A stretch of 64,000 nt of DNA from Octopus vulgaris. Taxonomy: Eukaryota. A model generated the notes under the pieces. It did not search any database and had not been told where the DNA came from. It worked only from the letters and a program-made list of their open reading frames with translations. The stretch is taken from NCBI GenBank assembly GCA_951406725.2, contig OX597815.1:88102001-88166000 (forward strand), in the 5' to 3' direction. Made by a program: the position numbers and the translations under genes. Positions 11,951 through 25,389 of the stretch are shown here, one piece after another (within the stretch, counting starts at the first letter, position 1; the number at the start of each line of letters is the position of its first letter).

Positions 11951-14900
11951 CCACCCTGATCTTAAAGATTACATCCTTCCCTACTCCACATCAAAGTCCA
12001 CCATCCAACTGGGCGGGTACCATATGTGTCGAGATCTCCTCGAGCCAGGCACCTCGTTCTCCTCCTCTCCATAATCATCATCTGACGAAGTGACAATCCT
12101 GCGAAGGTCCAAAATGATGTTGCAGTCCATCCATGGAGATGTTGTACCTGGAATTGACCGTTGTCACCATTCCTCTACTCCATTGAGATGTATAGTGCAC
12201 CTTTAGTGGCTTAACCCAAACTTCCTCCCCTATTTTCACACAGGCAGGTTCCTTCTCTTCCTCATGGCACTCCGGCGCTTTACTGCGATGCCTCCATTCG
12301 TACTTAAATACTGCTCTGTGTGGCACAGATTCTTCAGCTTGTACGGATCAGGGAGACATGTTATACCTGAAAATTGCTTCCAGCAGCAAAATGTGCCCTC
12401 TTTCTGCCATGACCTTGATTGTCCGATGGTGCCTCTCTACAATTCCATTACTGCTCGGCCTATATGCTACTCTGAACAAGTGACACACTTTCCACCGGTC
12501 GAGCATATCCCTCAACACTTCCGAATGAAACGCCGCCCTGTTGTCTATTAGCAGTTCTTCCACAGGACCCCTCTCTAAAAACATCCTGTTCAAAATCTGC
12601 GCAATCTCGTTAGCAATGCCCGTCCTCAAGTCCCTCCAAATGGGCTATCGACCATGGAGAGATACATTCCCTGACGGTAGTGCGTCACATCCACAGCTAG
12701 TTTCTTCCAGTTGTGCTCATTGGAAAAGTTTCCTTGCTCATGCCCACACTGAGCAGGGTCAGTGGACTGGCACCTGGCACAGTTCCCGACCACTTTCCGG
12801 ATGCTTCTCCTAGTGATGTCAGCATCAATCATCTTCGCGAGATACAGGGTCCTATCCACCTCCAAGTGATGCATAGCATGCAGTCTTTTCAGTTTGGAGT
12901 TATCCAACCGACATGCCGCAGCTATCCCTTTCTTTGCCTCCTCTGGCTCCTCCAACCATGCCCTTTTCACCCTGGTTGGTGCGTCTGTCCTGTTTCTCTT
13001 CAAAGGCATGGAAAACATGCTCAGCTTCAGTCCAAACTCGGCAATCAGCTCTCTTAGAACTCTTAGGCAGCGCTTCACCATCATCTCTGCGGCATCTTTT
13101 GTCTGAACTCTCCTCTCACCGGTGATCACCAATCCTACCCAGCTGAGCATGGTGACTGAATCCATTCGGATTTCGATTGAGCACAGCCCCCATTTCAGGG
13201 CCAAGTTCCCCCTCTTCAGCACCACGTCTAATTTGGGTACATTGATGTGCTTAAAGTCGTCTGCTTTCCAAAGCCAGGCCACATCCACCACCTCAGCGCC
13301 TTCAATCTCCAACACAACCCCTATCGCTATACTGCTAGCATCACACCAAACGGTCTCGCATTCCGTCTTTGACACATACCAGTTCCCCCTGACCGGGTCT
13401 TCTGCTCTCGTCCTCTCTAGGATTTCCCGCATTATCGCTACCATCCCCTCTCCCACCTTGTTGCCCCAACTCTCCCCCTCTGCTTGTCTCTTGGTGTAAC
13501 TGCATGCTGTGCACAGCCATTCAGCGATCTGGTAGTGACTGACCAACTCCCCACACACTGAGAACAGCTCTCTCCTGCTGACGCTGGAACTCAGCTCTGG
13601 GATTTCATTTCCTCTCTGGAACACCAACTCACCCAATCTATGTCTTCGTAGCTTCAGCCCCAGTGCAGCTCCACCTGCCAATGACTCTGGTGGCTTTGCA
13701 ATCAGCCCGAACTTCTCCAGATGTCTCACTACCTTGGTGTGGCTGGCACTACAGTCTCGTCTGCCAAAATGTTGTCTATGCAGGAACTTTCTAATCTTGT
13801 CCTCTTTCCCTATGATGGATTTGAGCTCCAATGCCATGATCTTTGGAGTGGAATTCAGTCTGAAACCCAGCCTGGTTAAACAGTATGTCTAGTCCTTGTA
13901 CCGCACTAGCTGATATCACCACAGTTTGTCACTCACATGGAGCTGCAAATATGCTGAGTTCAAGTCAACAGTCATTGCTGCCTTGGTCGACTGTCTCCAC
14001 ACACACAGCGTCTCGCCACAAAAGTCTGTCGCCTTGCTTCCTGTGTGGCACAATATATGGTCGTTCAGTTCTCTAAAGTCCAGCACCGGTCTGACTTTTC
14101 CCTTCGTTGGCTGCGTTACCACCATTAGAGGTAGCACTCTGCTCACCACCTCCTCCTTCCGCTGGATAATGACTCCTTCCTTGATCCATCTCTCTACCTT
14201 GTCTTTGAACTCAACCCTGATGTGACCTTTCAGGGTATGCTGGTAGCAACTCACCCTGTTCTTCAGAATCGGTGGGGGGGAGGGCTTATCTGTCCATTGC
14301 CACTCTATCGTTCACCGCCAACCATTGAATGCCGCCTGAAAATCCTTGTCCTCAATGGTGTAAGCAATGCAGTCCCTCATGGAGCTCTACTCTCTCTGAC
14401 GATCCTGAATCACAGCGCACAATGCCCCCACTCTTCCAAACGTGACCTCATCTCCTGCAATCCTGACACCACCGAGGCAGTTGATGGTGTCCATCCCCAT
14501 CACCACATCAACCCCATCTACCACGTGTTCGATCCCAATTACCTGTAGCCTTAGCATTGTGCTTTGCACTGCTATCTCTCCATTACTGCTGCTCTTGCAT
14601 TGGATTTTGCTGCCATTGACCTCCCGGATGCTACTTGCCCCATTCCATTTCTTTGTCACCCTTGGAGCCATGAGAGTGGTCATGCAACCCATATCCATGA
14701 GGGATTTGAACATCTTCCCCTCAGCCCCGACATCAGTTACGGGCAGCGTCTCCACAAGCACCTCTACTCATTTGCGGGAAAAGTTCAAGAGGCAGCAACT
14801 TCCCCACGGTCGTTTCCCTGGTCACAATCATGGGCAATATGCTCTGTCTTCCTGCTTTGATAGCAGACAGGCTCCGGTTGCATACACTCCCTTGCCATGT

Positions 14901-15541
14901 ATGATCGCTGACATTTAAAATACCGGCCTGAAAACGGCCACTGTTGTTGCATGGTAGGCTTCTTTGCGTCTTTCTCCGGTTGTTGTCTGTCATTATGCAC
15001 CTCTATTACCGCCATCACTATCGCCTTCCATCCAGTGTTTCACGTCAACACGCGAGCTTGAGCTACAAGTTTGCTCAGTACCATTTTGTTGCTTCCAGGC
15101 AATTGCTGCAGTTGAATCCTTATGTCGTCAGGGAACCCACTCACGAATGCTAGTCACGCTGCTCTGTCCGGGCCTTCTCCCATAAACCCAGCCAGTGTGG
15201 CTAGCCTATGCACTTCCGCTGTGTATTCATGCTCTCCCGTCCATCTAATCATTCCCAGCTTAACAAAGGCTGTATGCTCACACTTGGTATAAGCCTCCCT
15301 CAGACGTCACTAAGTCGTTCTTCTTCATTCATCTCGAGATATAGAATCAATGTGCTCCCTTCCAAATATAGTGCCATAAGGCTCACCATGTCACTAATGC
15401 CTTTCAATCTCGTCACAAACCTGATTTTGTGCATCCAGGCCACTACATTGCCCTCATCAATAAAGGGCCTGATAACGTCGCTGGCAATCCTAATTTTAGC
15501 TGCCATCATGATGACATCTTATGTAGAGTACCGAAATAACT

Positions 15542-15808
15542 TGTAATGAAGGTGGGAGATTAGAAGTAAGACACCTACCTTCTCTTCGTTGGCGCAGATC
15601 TGTCGAGTGGTAATGTATCCTTGCACGTGGCCCATCCCGAAACACTAAAAACAGTAGTTGCTTTCCTTCACCTTGACAAAGCACTGACATGTCCTGCACT
15701 CACGGCTTCCCTGATCAAAAGGGCACAATCTACTCCCACCTGTGCACACATCACCTGCGTGACCTTCCTCTTCTGGTCAGCTCCCCAGCCACTGACATCA
15801 TCCCACTA
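15542..15808 (-). repeat. 5' LTR of the Gypsy element
   Basis: Direct repeat of 11682-11950; outer terminus slightly mutated. Confidence 0.92.
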
Positions 15809-16234
15809 TTGATAGATATTATTAATGATTTGAACATTAGTTTAAGGCCATACCAGATATTAATGACAAAAACAATATTAGTAGATCTTTATGTAGTCAC
15901 TCGACTTGCTAAAAATAGTATCCAAATCTCCCTCATATCATACTTTACTATCTTACAAAATAACACATTAAATAATAACATAGTTCAGGATGGATTTTAT
16001 CTTGGCAAGAAAAAAAGAAAATGAAAAAAAAAAAAAAGCAAGGTGGTCATGGCTTGATTGTTTGCTCAGTCAACCAAATTGAAGGATTAACAACAATGAG
16101 CCAAAATAAGTATCCTTAACTGAGAATATTTATTGTTTCTGTGCTAGAACTGCATGAAGAGAAAAAGCCATTATTTTCCCTCCAGTGGTTGTCTTGAGGT
16201 CAGTGTTTCACCTAGTAATGATAATAATGATAAT

Positions 16235-16415
16235 TGTTTCTAACATTGGCACAAGGTCAGAATTTGTGAGGGCTAGGGATGAAGAATGTAGTCAATTAAA
16301 TCAGCTTCAGTTCTTCACTGATACTTTAATTTACAGATCCCAGTAGGATGAAAGACAAAGTTGACCTGGTGGAGTTTGAACTCAGTACATAATGAGCTAG
16401 AACAAATAACTCAAG
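16235..16415 (-). mobile_element. Degenerate SINE family A
   Basis: ggatgaaagacaaagttgacctggtggagtttgaactcag is the reverse complement of the family core and B-box. Confidence 0.6.
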
Positions 16416-16611
16416 GATGATGGATGAGGGGACATTACATGATGGTGGTGGTGGGGAGTATGCACAATTAATTGATTGTAGAAAAAAAAACAGGCATGAA
16501 ATACAACATTATACAAAAGGAATGAAATTAGACATCTCAATAGGAACACAGTTATCAAGGGCTAATCAAGGAAACCTCAAAGGTCCAAGATTACCACGAG
16601 CAAGAGCTATT

Positions 16612-16816
16612 CTTATTTCTTTATTGCCCACAAGAGGCTAAACATAGAGGGGACAAACAAGGACAGACAAACGGATTAAGTTAATTATATCAACCCCAAA
16701 AGGATGAAAGGCAAAGTCAATCTCGGCGGAATTTGAACTCAGAACATAACGGCAGACAAAATACCGCTAAGCATTTTGCCCAGTGTGCTAACGTTTCTGC
16801 CAGCTCGCCGCCTTAA
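16612..16816 (-). mobile_element. tRNA-derived SINE family A, young, with TSD
   Basis: Reverse complement of ggcggcgagctggcagaaacgttagc...aataaagaaataag; flanked by aagagctattctta / aagggctattctta. Confidence 0.9.
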
Positions 16817-17281
16817 AGGGCTATTCTTACCAACCTTACCAAGAGCTATTCTTACCAACCTTCAGAAAATTCTCTGAGGGGAAATACTTGCCTCTTCATT
16901 TTCATATAATTCTCCAAGTGGAACTTCAAGTTGATCAGAGCTTATTTGAAGAAGAAAGTGTCTTTCTTCAGTCTTTCTTCAGTCTTTCTTCACTCTTGTT
17001 CACTATTTAATTTCTTTTATCTTGACTTCTGAAGAGGAAAACTGCTTTTCCTTCCTGGCTAATGGTAGGTGGAATGGTGATCCTTACAGTAGACTTCATA
17101 GATAGCTAAATCCTTCCCACTTTTAATATGTTAATTGAGGTAACTTCTCAAGTCAGTAAAATCTGGATGCTGAATGAGTATGTGCAGAATAGTTTCTTGG
17201 CCCTGCATGCATCTCAAACACGTCCAGCTACTAGCATCATCATACCTGTAGAGTTTATATTAAACTAGCTGTCCTTCTTGG

Positions 17282-18108
17282 TTACACAAATAAGCCAAAG
17301 ATTTCAGGGAGTTATCTATAGTCCCCCAGCTGAAAGTCCGTTGAAATATTTTGAAATCATTTAAAAGAATGTGTCCTGTCTTATCACTCATGTATATCTT
17401 GGCTCTTGAACCATTGCTGTGATACCATATTCAATGAATATGAAGTAATAACAAGGACCCACAGAGTCTTCATCCAAATATTTTTGTTCTTGTCCGCCAC
17501 TAACCCTCTACAAGATCTAAGGATTGCTTATACCATTAGCAACATTGGCAGCAGACAGACTTACTAAACCTGTGGAATGTATACATTCCGCAAGGAGCAA
17601 ATGGGCAGACATTCCAACCTGGTCAGATGAAAACTCAAGTAGACAGTAATGAATTACAGAGCAATGTATTAATTACCTTTGCTTAATCTTTCAGGTGTAG
17701 CTTCTTCTCAATCTATTTCTGGGTAGGACAGGGCAACTAGATTATTAGCTTCTTTCTGATCCTATTCATCTCATTGTTGGCTGTCATGGACTTGCCTCTC
17801 CTGGTGTTGAGTTGTAAGCTCATTAACTTGTTGGGATTAATAATGTGCTCCTGTTATCACTTCATATTCATTGAATATGGTATGGCAGCAATGGTTCAAG
17901 AGCCAAGATATACATGATGATAAGAGAGGACACATTTTTGAAACGGTTTCCAATAAGTGGTTGCTTAGTCTGACTACCAAGCAAATGCTATTGTTTATTG
18001 AAGTGACCAACCTCTGAAAATGGAACCAAAACTGGCTACATTGGGGACTACATAGTCCCATTCTCTTCATCTGGGAACTTAATAGCTTTTGTTGCCAGAT
18101 GTGTGTAA
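17282..18108. repeat. Long imperfect inverted repeat; core arms about 17347-17456 and 17850-17955
   Basis: catgtatatcttggctcttgaaccattgctg..ataccatattcaatgaatatgaagt recurs as its reverse complement about 390 bp later. Confidence 0.85.
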
Positions 18109-18731
18109 TATTATGCCTGCCATGCTTGAAAGGATATATTACCCCCCCTCCCATTTTCCATCTTTAAACAAACTACAATTTGTATTTGTTTTGTAAGAAG
18201 CATGCATAGATACTTAAATCTTGTAAATATACTTATAAAGCTCAATCTGTGAGCAATTTCAGAGACTAGCAAGTTCTCAGGTACATTTGAGGTATAATAT
18301 TACCATAAAATGAATGTTTACATATATATTACTTACTTCATCTTCAGGCAAGGTAAATACTGTATAAATATATATAGCTAGTAGTATTGTTTTACATTTT
18401 GCTTTTATTCATTTCTTTTCCTTTTGCTTATAGAAAATTATAAGAGTAAAAATATAAATTATAAAATCTCCCATCTTTATCCTAAAAGAAATTTAGTAGA
18501 GTCACTATCCATAAAGTGTGTCTTGTATTTATCCAACTTGAAAGTTAGAACTACTGTTTTCTTTAGGATATATTTCATAATTAAATATTAACTATTTTTC
18601 TGCTTAGATTTCTTTAACATGGTTCTCTTTAATTTTGCTACAGTTATCCACAAGCAAAATAATGTAATGAGAATAGTAGCAGAAATACACATATATTTTT
18701 GTCTAAAAATAGTTCTGAGCCATGCATGCAT

Positions 18732-18762
<31 letters not shown>

Positions 18763-20540
18763 AAATTTCCCATTGATATCAGTTACTTACACTGAGATTA
18801 TAACAAACCTGAATTAACAACTTAATGGTGGCTGTATGTAACTCTTACTATAGACTGAATCATGATACAGCCCACATAAATTTTCTTTCTCTTTGATGAT
18901 AAATTTTAAAAGAAATATTTGCAGGCAGTTGTATGAAGACATGACTAATGACGCTTTGAAAATTAATCTCTCTTATTCCCTGTCTCACAGGTGATGTTTG
19001 CAATGGCTCAGTGCATAAGGGGCTAGTCTCATAGCTTTATGCTCTTTTGAGTTTTTAACCAATCTATCCTTGCAACACCCATGTTGATTCATGATGTTGC
19101 AGTCTATGCAGTTTTTGTGGAAATAGGTATTTGTTGTTTAATGATTTTCGTCAGGCCACACATTAATTAGAGTCCTTTTCATCTTTAAAAGAGTTAGCAT
19201 GATACTAATTTATAGCTAAGAAAATTGATCTATTAAGAATTAACTGATTTTGGTAGGGGCACCATACAATTGAAGTGACAGGATATATATCATCAGCTCT
19301 TCATCCAGTAGAATGGTATCCTAAGAACTTAACTGATATAAAATTTCATTGCAGTTCTCAAGAATCACAAATATACCATATTTCAGACTGGTCTGTAACC
19401 ACATAACACCTATCATTATATATATATGATTCAAATATCTTGTTACTATTGAGTAGCCCAAACATAACTTTGATACAAGGGTAACCAATCAAATGTGGCA
19501 ACTCAATTCCAGTATTTCAAATATGCAGATATGTAATGTGTGGTATGTTGGAATCATATTTATGATTTTTATTAACATTTGGTTGGCATTCTAACTTTAA
19601 CTATCATATCTTTTGAAAAAATATCTTAAAATTTAAAGCTAAAGAATATGGTTTGTATTTCAAAGAATAAAAAGTTTGTTGAACATTTGTTCACCATTCA
19701 TGCGAAGTTGAATATCATTTACTTTGTCATCTATATCATTTATAAGTGATGGTGTTAAAAAATCTCATAAACACGATGCAATAAGTCTGTGACGGGTTCT
19801 TTCCATACTTTTGCTGCTGAGTGGACTCAGTGAACTTTGAGGAGATTTATGTTAGAGAGGTAGTTGGTAGAAAGCTTGACTGAAATTCACAAGAACCCCT
19901 GGTTTAAAACTACACTAGGTCAACATTTCTCATTTTATAGAAGTGAATATATCTTTTTTCTTATGGTCCCCACTACTTTGTCCATCTGATGATAAACATC
20001 ACAAAACTTGCGAGTATATACATTGTATCTTACAAATTATAAGGTTAAACCTAATATGCTATATCAAAACTAGAAATTTTAGTAGGCTAATAAAATACAA
20101 GTTTAAAAATAGAGATCTTTTTTTAACAACCATACATAAATTTGTCTTCGTCATCATTTCAACATATGTTCTATGCTGGTAGGAGGTTATGAAGTCTGTC
20201 TAAATATATGTATGTCACTGCCCTAGAGATGCATCATAAGTTAACTCAGTTCTGATTGCACAATAAATGGGGCATCATTTTATGCACCAGATCATTTGTT
20301 AGTGGAGCAGAAAATGCTACAACTGGATGCTTTTTGTTACACTGTTCTGTTTTGTTTTCTTATTTCTTTTAACATGAATTAGCAATGACAAAGAATCATA
20401 GAACTTCCAAGTCACTTTGGTCATAAATTTTCTCTAAAAAAATTAAAATTTTGAAATTTTCATCTGTCTCATTTATTTAAATTTAGAAATCTGTGGTTTT
20501 CTTTCAGAGATAGAAATCATTATCACAATTGGTATCAAAA

Positions 20541-20848
20541 TCATCATCATCATCATCGTTTAGCGTCTGTTTTCCATGCTAGCATGGGTTGGACGGTTCT
20601 ACTGGGGTCTGTGAAGCCAGAAGGCTTCATCAGGCCCCAGTCAAATCTGGCAGTGTTTTTACGGCTGGATGCCCTTCCTAACGCCAACCACTCCGAGAGT
20701 GTAGTGGGTGCTTTTTATGTGCCACCCACACAGGTGCCAGACAGAGCTGGCAAACGGCCACGAACAGATGGTGCTTTTTATGTGCCACCGGCACGAGGGC
20801 CAGGCGAGGCTGGCAACGGACACGAAACGGGGCAGTGCTGGCATGCCA
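20541..20848 (-). mobile_element. RTE LINE 3' end, young subfamily close to 56190-56500
   Basis: (CAT)n tail; ORF-track peptides of the two copies are nearly the same (QSNLAVFLRLDALPNANHS..GAFYVPP). Confidence 0.9.
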
Positions 20849-23800
20849 GAATATATACCTGCATTACTTCCTTGTGCCTCTTTAAATCATGAGTTCAAAT
20901 CTTGATAGAGTTTACTTTGTCTTTTATTCTTTTTGGGTAGATATGTACCAATCAGGTATTGAGATTATTTAAATTAAATTGGCTGCACCCTTATACCAAA
21001 ATTCCACCACTGTGCCAATGATAGAAATTATTTATCAATAGTAGTGGTAGATTAGTAGAGAGAATATAGAACTAGACAAATAAATATCAAAATATCTTCC
21101 AATTTCAAAAAATAAATAAACAAGATAGAAGAAATAAATAAAAACTTTTTATTCTTTGGTAAAAGAAGTAATTTATTGTAATGTGTGACTTGTTTCAATT
21201 CCCCGGTTGAATACACTTTGTTCTAAAATGTTCTTTTAGAAATAGTTCAAATGCTTCAACTTCCTTTCTCCTATAAATCTTCATCATCATCTTTATTGTT
21301 ATGAAAGATTAAGAAATATGTTGTATCAGTGGCATTGTATGGCAGTATATTCTCAGCAATGGAATCTGTGACCCAATTTCAATCCTCTGTTAGAATAGCA
21401 CAGCTGATTGTCCTCTTTTCCCCATACTGCATAACTTTAGGGCTTCATGCCTAATTAAAAAAAAAAATTGTTGTTGTCAATTTACACATTTCGTTTTCTA
21501 TTTGACGACTCATTTTCTTTTTTTTTTTTTTTTTAGTAATATTTCTTCCACTTTCTTATTACCATCAATGTTTTAGCATCCATTTTGTGTCTGCAATAGA
21601 GTATCTCCTTATCTCTGAGTCCTGATTGCTATCAAGTATTATCATATATAACTTAACAAACTTCTCTGAAGTTTTTCATTGAAATACCTCAACCATGCAT
21701 TCCACTGTGATCACAGAGCACCTATTTGCCTGTCATTCTTTATCTAGTAACTTTACAAAATTCAAACCAGTATTCATCTACATAGAACTGTTGCGAAAAT
21801 ATCTCACTTTCTTAGCAGACTTGTATTCATTCTTTTTTTTAAAAATAACATCAAGTATCCAACACACCATCATCATCACTGCAAAAATGAATAGTAAATA
21901 AGATCAATAAGAGAATTAATTTCTTTGTAACTTCATAGAATTTACCTTAGAAACTTCTTTTTACTCTCTGACTTTCATTAGGAAAAAGGTACTGTTGTCT
22001 CATTGTTATTGCTAATGTGCCTGTCAGGAATTAAGTAACATTCCAATAGGATACTCTTCACAGCCCTCAAATGCAAAATCAGTTTTGTACTTATATAATT
22101 TTAAAATTTGGTTGGGGTTACATTTTGAACTCAGTATCTTACAATCACTGATTCAATACATGCAACCTTATGACTAGTGTGTTTTTGTAATTAATTTGTT
22201 TTTAAGATAGTAGAATAAAAGTCATGGTTGCTTTATGTTTCTTTTAGTGTAGTGTTACAAAAAAAAAAAGGCTAAAAATAGAATAACATTAGAATATTTG
22301 AAACATATATGTGAAGCTAAAGTTGTATAATGTAACATGTTATAACACATCCAGGCATATGTATGTTTCTTTGTAAAACTGCCTCTACACTTTTATGGTA
22401 AGTAGCCCTTTATATTTACCTTACTTCAGAAAAGAGGTTGTTTATTATTAATAATCATTATTCATATTATTTTGAAGTTTGTTATCACTAACCATATTTG
22501 CCTGCTTGGGATGCACTAAAGAAAGAATCTCTACACAATTACTTGGTAAAAATAGCAAGCATAATCTTTCACAAATCACTTCCTGAAAGAAGGATAAATT
22601 GGCTAATATTGTCTTAAAAATCTAGTCAACTGTCAATGACAGCAACTTGGTTAGACTACCCCAAAGCATTTGGACAATAAAGTAGAAGCTACATATTTTA
22701 TTAATACATTGTACTCTATGCAACCAACCTCTGCATGACCAAGTGTGTCTGTGATTCAAAATCAGATTGGAGTATGTTATACCTTAGGCTCAAGGTTGCC
22801 CTCAACAATTTTAAAGGCTGCTTTTGTGTCAGGCATGCTTGAGCTGAGATGAGCTGAAGCTGGATAAGCCATAAAAGCCTTTGCACCTGCTTTGGAATGG
22901 CAAAAAGGAGATAGAAATTAAGTGTTGTAGAGGCAAAATAGAAACTACCATATAGTTTATCAATCTCAGTACCAAAATCAAATTCCTTTTTCCACATCAA
23001 TATAGGGTAGATTTAAAACAATGTAGCCTATATGTGAAAACACAGAGAGAGAGAGAGAGATCATGGAGAGAGATTAATTTGAAAATGAAGATATGGATTA
23101 TTTTAATAGAAAATCATGTATGTATGTTTGCATTGATATAGGTACAGTCATACATGTTTTAGTTAGAAGATATAGATTACGTTGAGACATGTCTTTATAA
23201 ATATTGTTATGTATACACACGCACACTACCTTCAACTTTTCTGTAGCGTCAGTTTTCATCTCCTCTCTGCCTCCACAGTCATTTCTGTTGTCACCCATCA
23301 CTTATTTTTGACTATATCTACCTCTAATATTATCCTTAACTTCCTCCCTTCACCCCAATTGCTCTATCTCTTCAATCATACTCTTGTTCCTTTCACCCAC
23401 CCATTCTGGTTCTGCTATCATCATTTGTACTCTCTCTTCCTCTCCTTTCTATTCCCCCACCTCAATCATGTTACCTTGAACAAATTACATCTCTTAGAAT
23501 AGTGACTAGACCTTTACATTTATTTGTACAACGCAACACCTTCTTATGTTGGTTCAAGCATGAAATGTGCAAGGTGCACTCTCTAGTGAGCAGAGAAAAC
23601 ATAAATTTATTAGTCTTGCTGGAGATATGACCTTTCTAGTACTGGTACTATAATATAATACATCTAGTACACTCTGTAAAGTAGTTGATCAATGAGTGGA
23701 GAAAGCATAGAGTTGAGAATATCCAATAATCTTGTGATAATTTTTTTAATGCATCTGTTTTGTATTAACTCAGTGAGTGTCTGCTTGAAATTGAGGCTAT

Positions 23801-24959
23801 TTCTTGCCTAGTGAATAGAAGCAAACAACAATATATATATATCAAAATCATTGTTATTTTATATCCTCATTCCATTCTAGCATATTCCACTACATGCTCT
23901 CTGCTGTTACACTGAAAAACCAATTTATTACAATTTCAATTATATCAAATTACTAGCTTCAAAGCCACACTCTGTGCAGACTTTTAAACTAGCTCCTGCA
24001 GAGGACTAATTGGGCCTGTGGCTCAAAACTAAAGAGAGATAAATGGCATGACTATATGTCTATCTGTCTCTGTGGTGTTTGATCAGAGGTTAAGGACAGA
24101 TGAGAATTAATTCTGTAATGCAATCATTCTATTGTTCCAACTGTTGGTCAGTTTGTCCCATAGTTCTCATCTCGATGTAAAATTAATGGAACAAATGTCA
24201 TTTATCTGCCCCTTAACTTCTGACATCATCTAACAATGCCAACCAAGATGGCATGAATCAGCCAAGCTTTGTCAGCTAGAAATAGCAACCCAAATGCTTT
24301 AAATTCAGACTTCAATGCCAGATGTTCAAGAACCAAATGAAGGGCAGATTTTTAATCCCAGGATCATCCAATTCCAAAAAGGTATAATATGTCTATGTAG
24401 AGCAAATGTAGACTGAGATGCAGGGGTCCTGGATAGACAGAAATTCACGTTTATTAATATAGATTTACCTTGAAATTGAAATCCTACCAAGTTTGACTTC
24501 ACCTCCCTTCTCTCTAGGCTCAATAAAAAAGTATCCTCTAATATATTGATCTTGAAGTCAATTATTCCTTGTCTCTTCTACAATTTGTCATGTTCCTAAG
24601 TGATGTGATAGAAACAGTTGAGCACTGGAATAAATGCACTTCAGAATTTAATTTTGCTCCCTTTAGAGTTTTATTGACCTTATCCTCCCCCAAATTTGAG
24701 GTCAAATTCAAGGAACTCTATATCATTATTGTTGGTTTACCTATCTATTTACTGCGTTAGCAAATTTTGATGTTTGTTGAAACAAGTCCATTTTACAAAT
24801 AGAAATTCATTTTCAGTTTTATTACTTTTACTGCTACTCTTGTCATTACTTTCATCATTATTTGCTAAACAAGAATCCTTTTGTTTGTTTTCTTAAGTAT
24901 GAAACATTTCTCTTTTATGAATTCTTCCATTTATACATTTTTTTAAATTTTCATTTTAG

Positions 24960-25050
24960 GGTGGTATAAAGGTTACAAAATTAAAAACAAACATGAGAGG
25001 GGAATATTTCCAAAGACTTATGTGTTCATCAAAGAAGCCACACTTTCAGG
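24960..25050 (+). CDS. DOCK1: DOCK exon w2 (91 nt): GWYKGYKIKNKHERGIFPKTYVFIKEATLSG, SH3 C-half
   Basis: ttttAG acceptor 24958-59, GTaagt donor 25051; SH3 motifs GWY.G and GIFP..YV. Confidence 0.95.
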
Positions 25051-25389
25051 GTAAGTGTTATCAAACCAAGATTATGTTTAAAAACAGATTCATTCATTCA
25101 TTTAATAATAATCATCATCATCATTCAACATCCATGTTCCATTTTTATGAAGATTATGATAATGGTGGTGCTGAATTGATAAAAGACCAAACTTGTGAGG
25201 GGTATAGTCATTTGGAACAAGCCCCAAGTTTTTTCAGACTTCCTTCTACACTCACACACTTTCCCAGTTAGATTCTGGTGTCAACTTTGGTTAAAGAAGA
25301 TCAAAATTAAATATTGTTAAGCATTATAGTCCAATGATCTATTTTTGCCTCTACATGACAGTAATTATATTTATTTTCTTCTTAACCAT

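Larger units (their letters stand above)
11682..15808 (-). mobile_element. Full-length but decayed compact Ty3/Gypsy LTR retrotransposon (4.1 kb)
   Basis: Two LTRs of about 268 bp (11682-11950, 15542-15808) flanked by a (TA)TTGA direct repeat. Minus strand order: gag (start 15509), two decayed CCHC knuckles, protease (LMDMGC), RT (KVRPVLDFRELN, DLNSAYLQL, CIDN in place of YIDD), RNase H (WCDASS), integrase (HH..C..C, LAVDVTHY, DNRAAF, NGIVER). PPT next to the left LTR. Confidence 0.95.

Noticed and set aside
12626-13837. 403-aa ORF as a host gene or domesticated integrase
   Set aside because: Part of a frameshifted Gypsy pol between LTRs, with decayed catalytic motifs.
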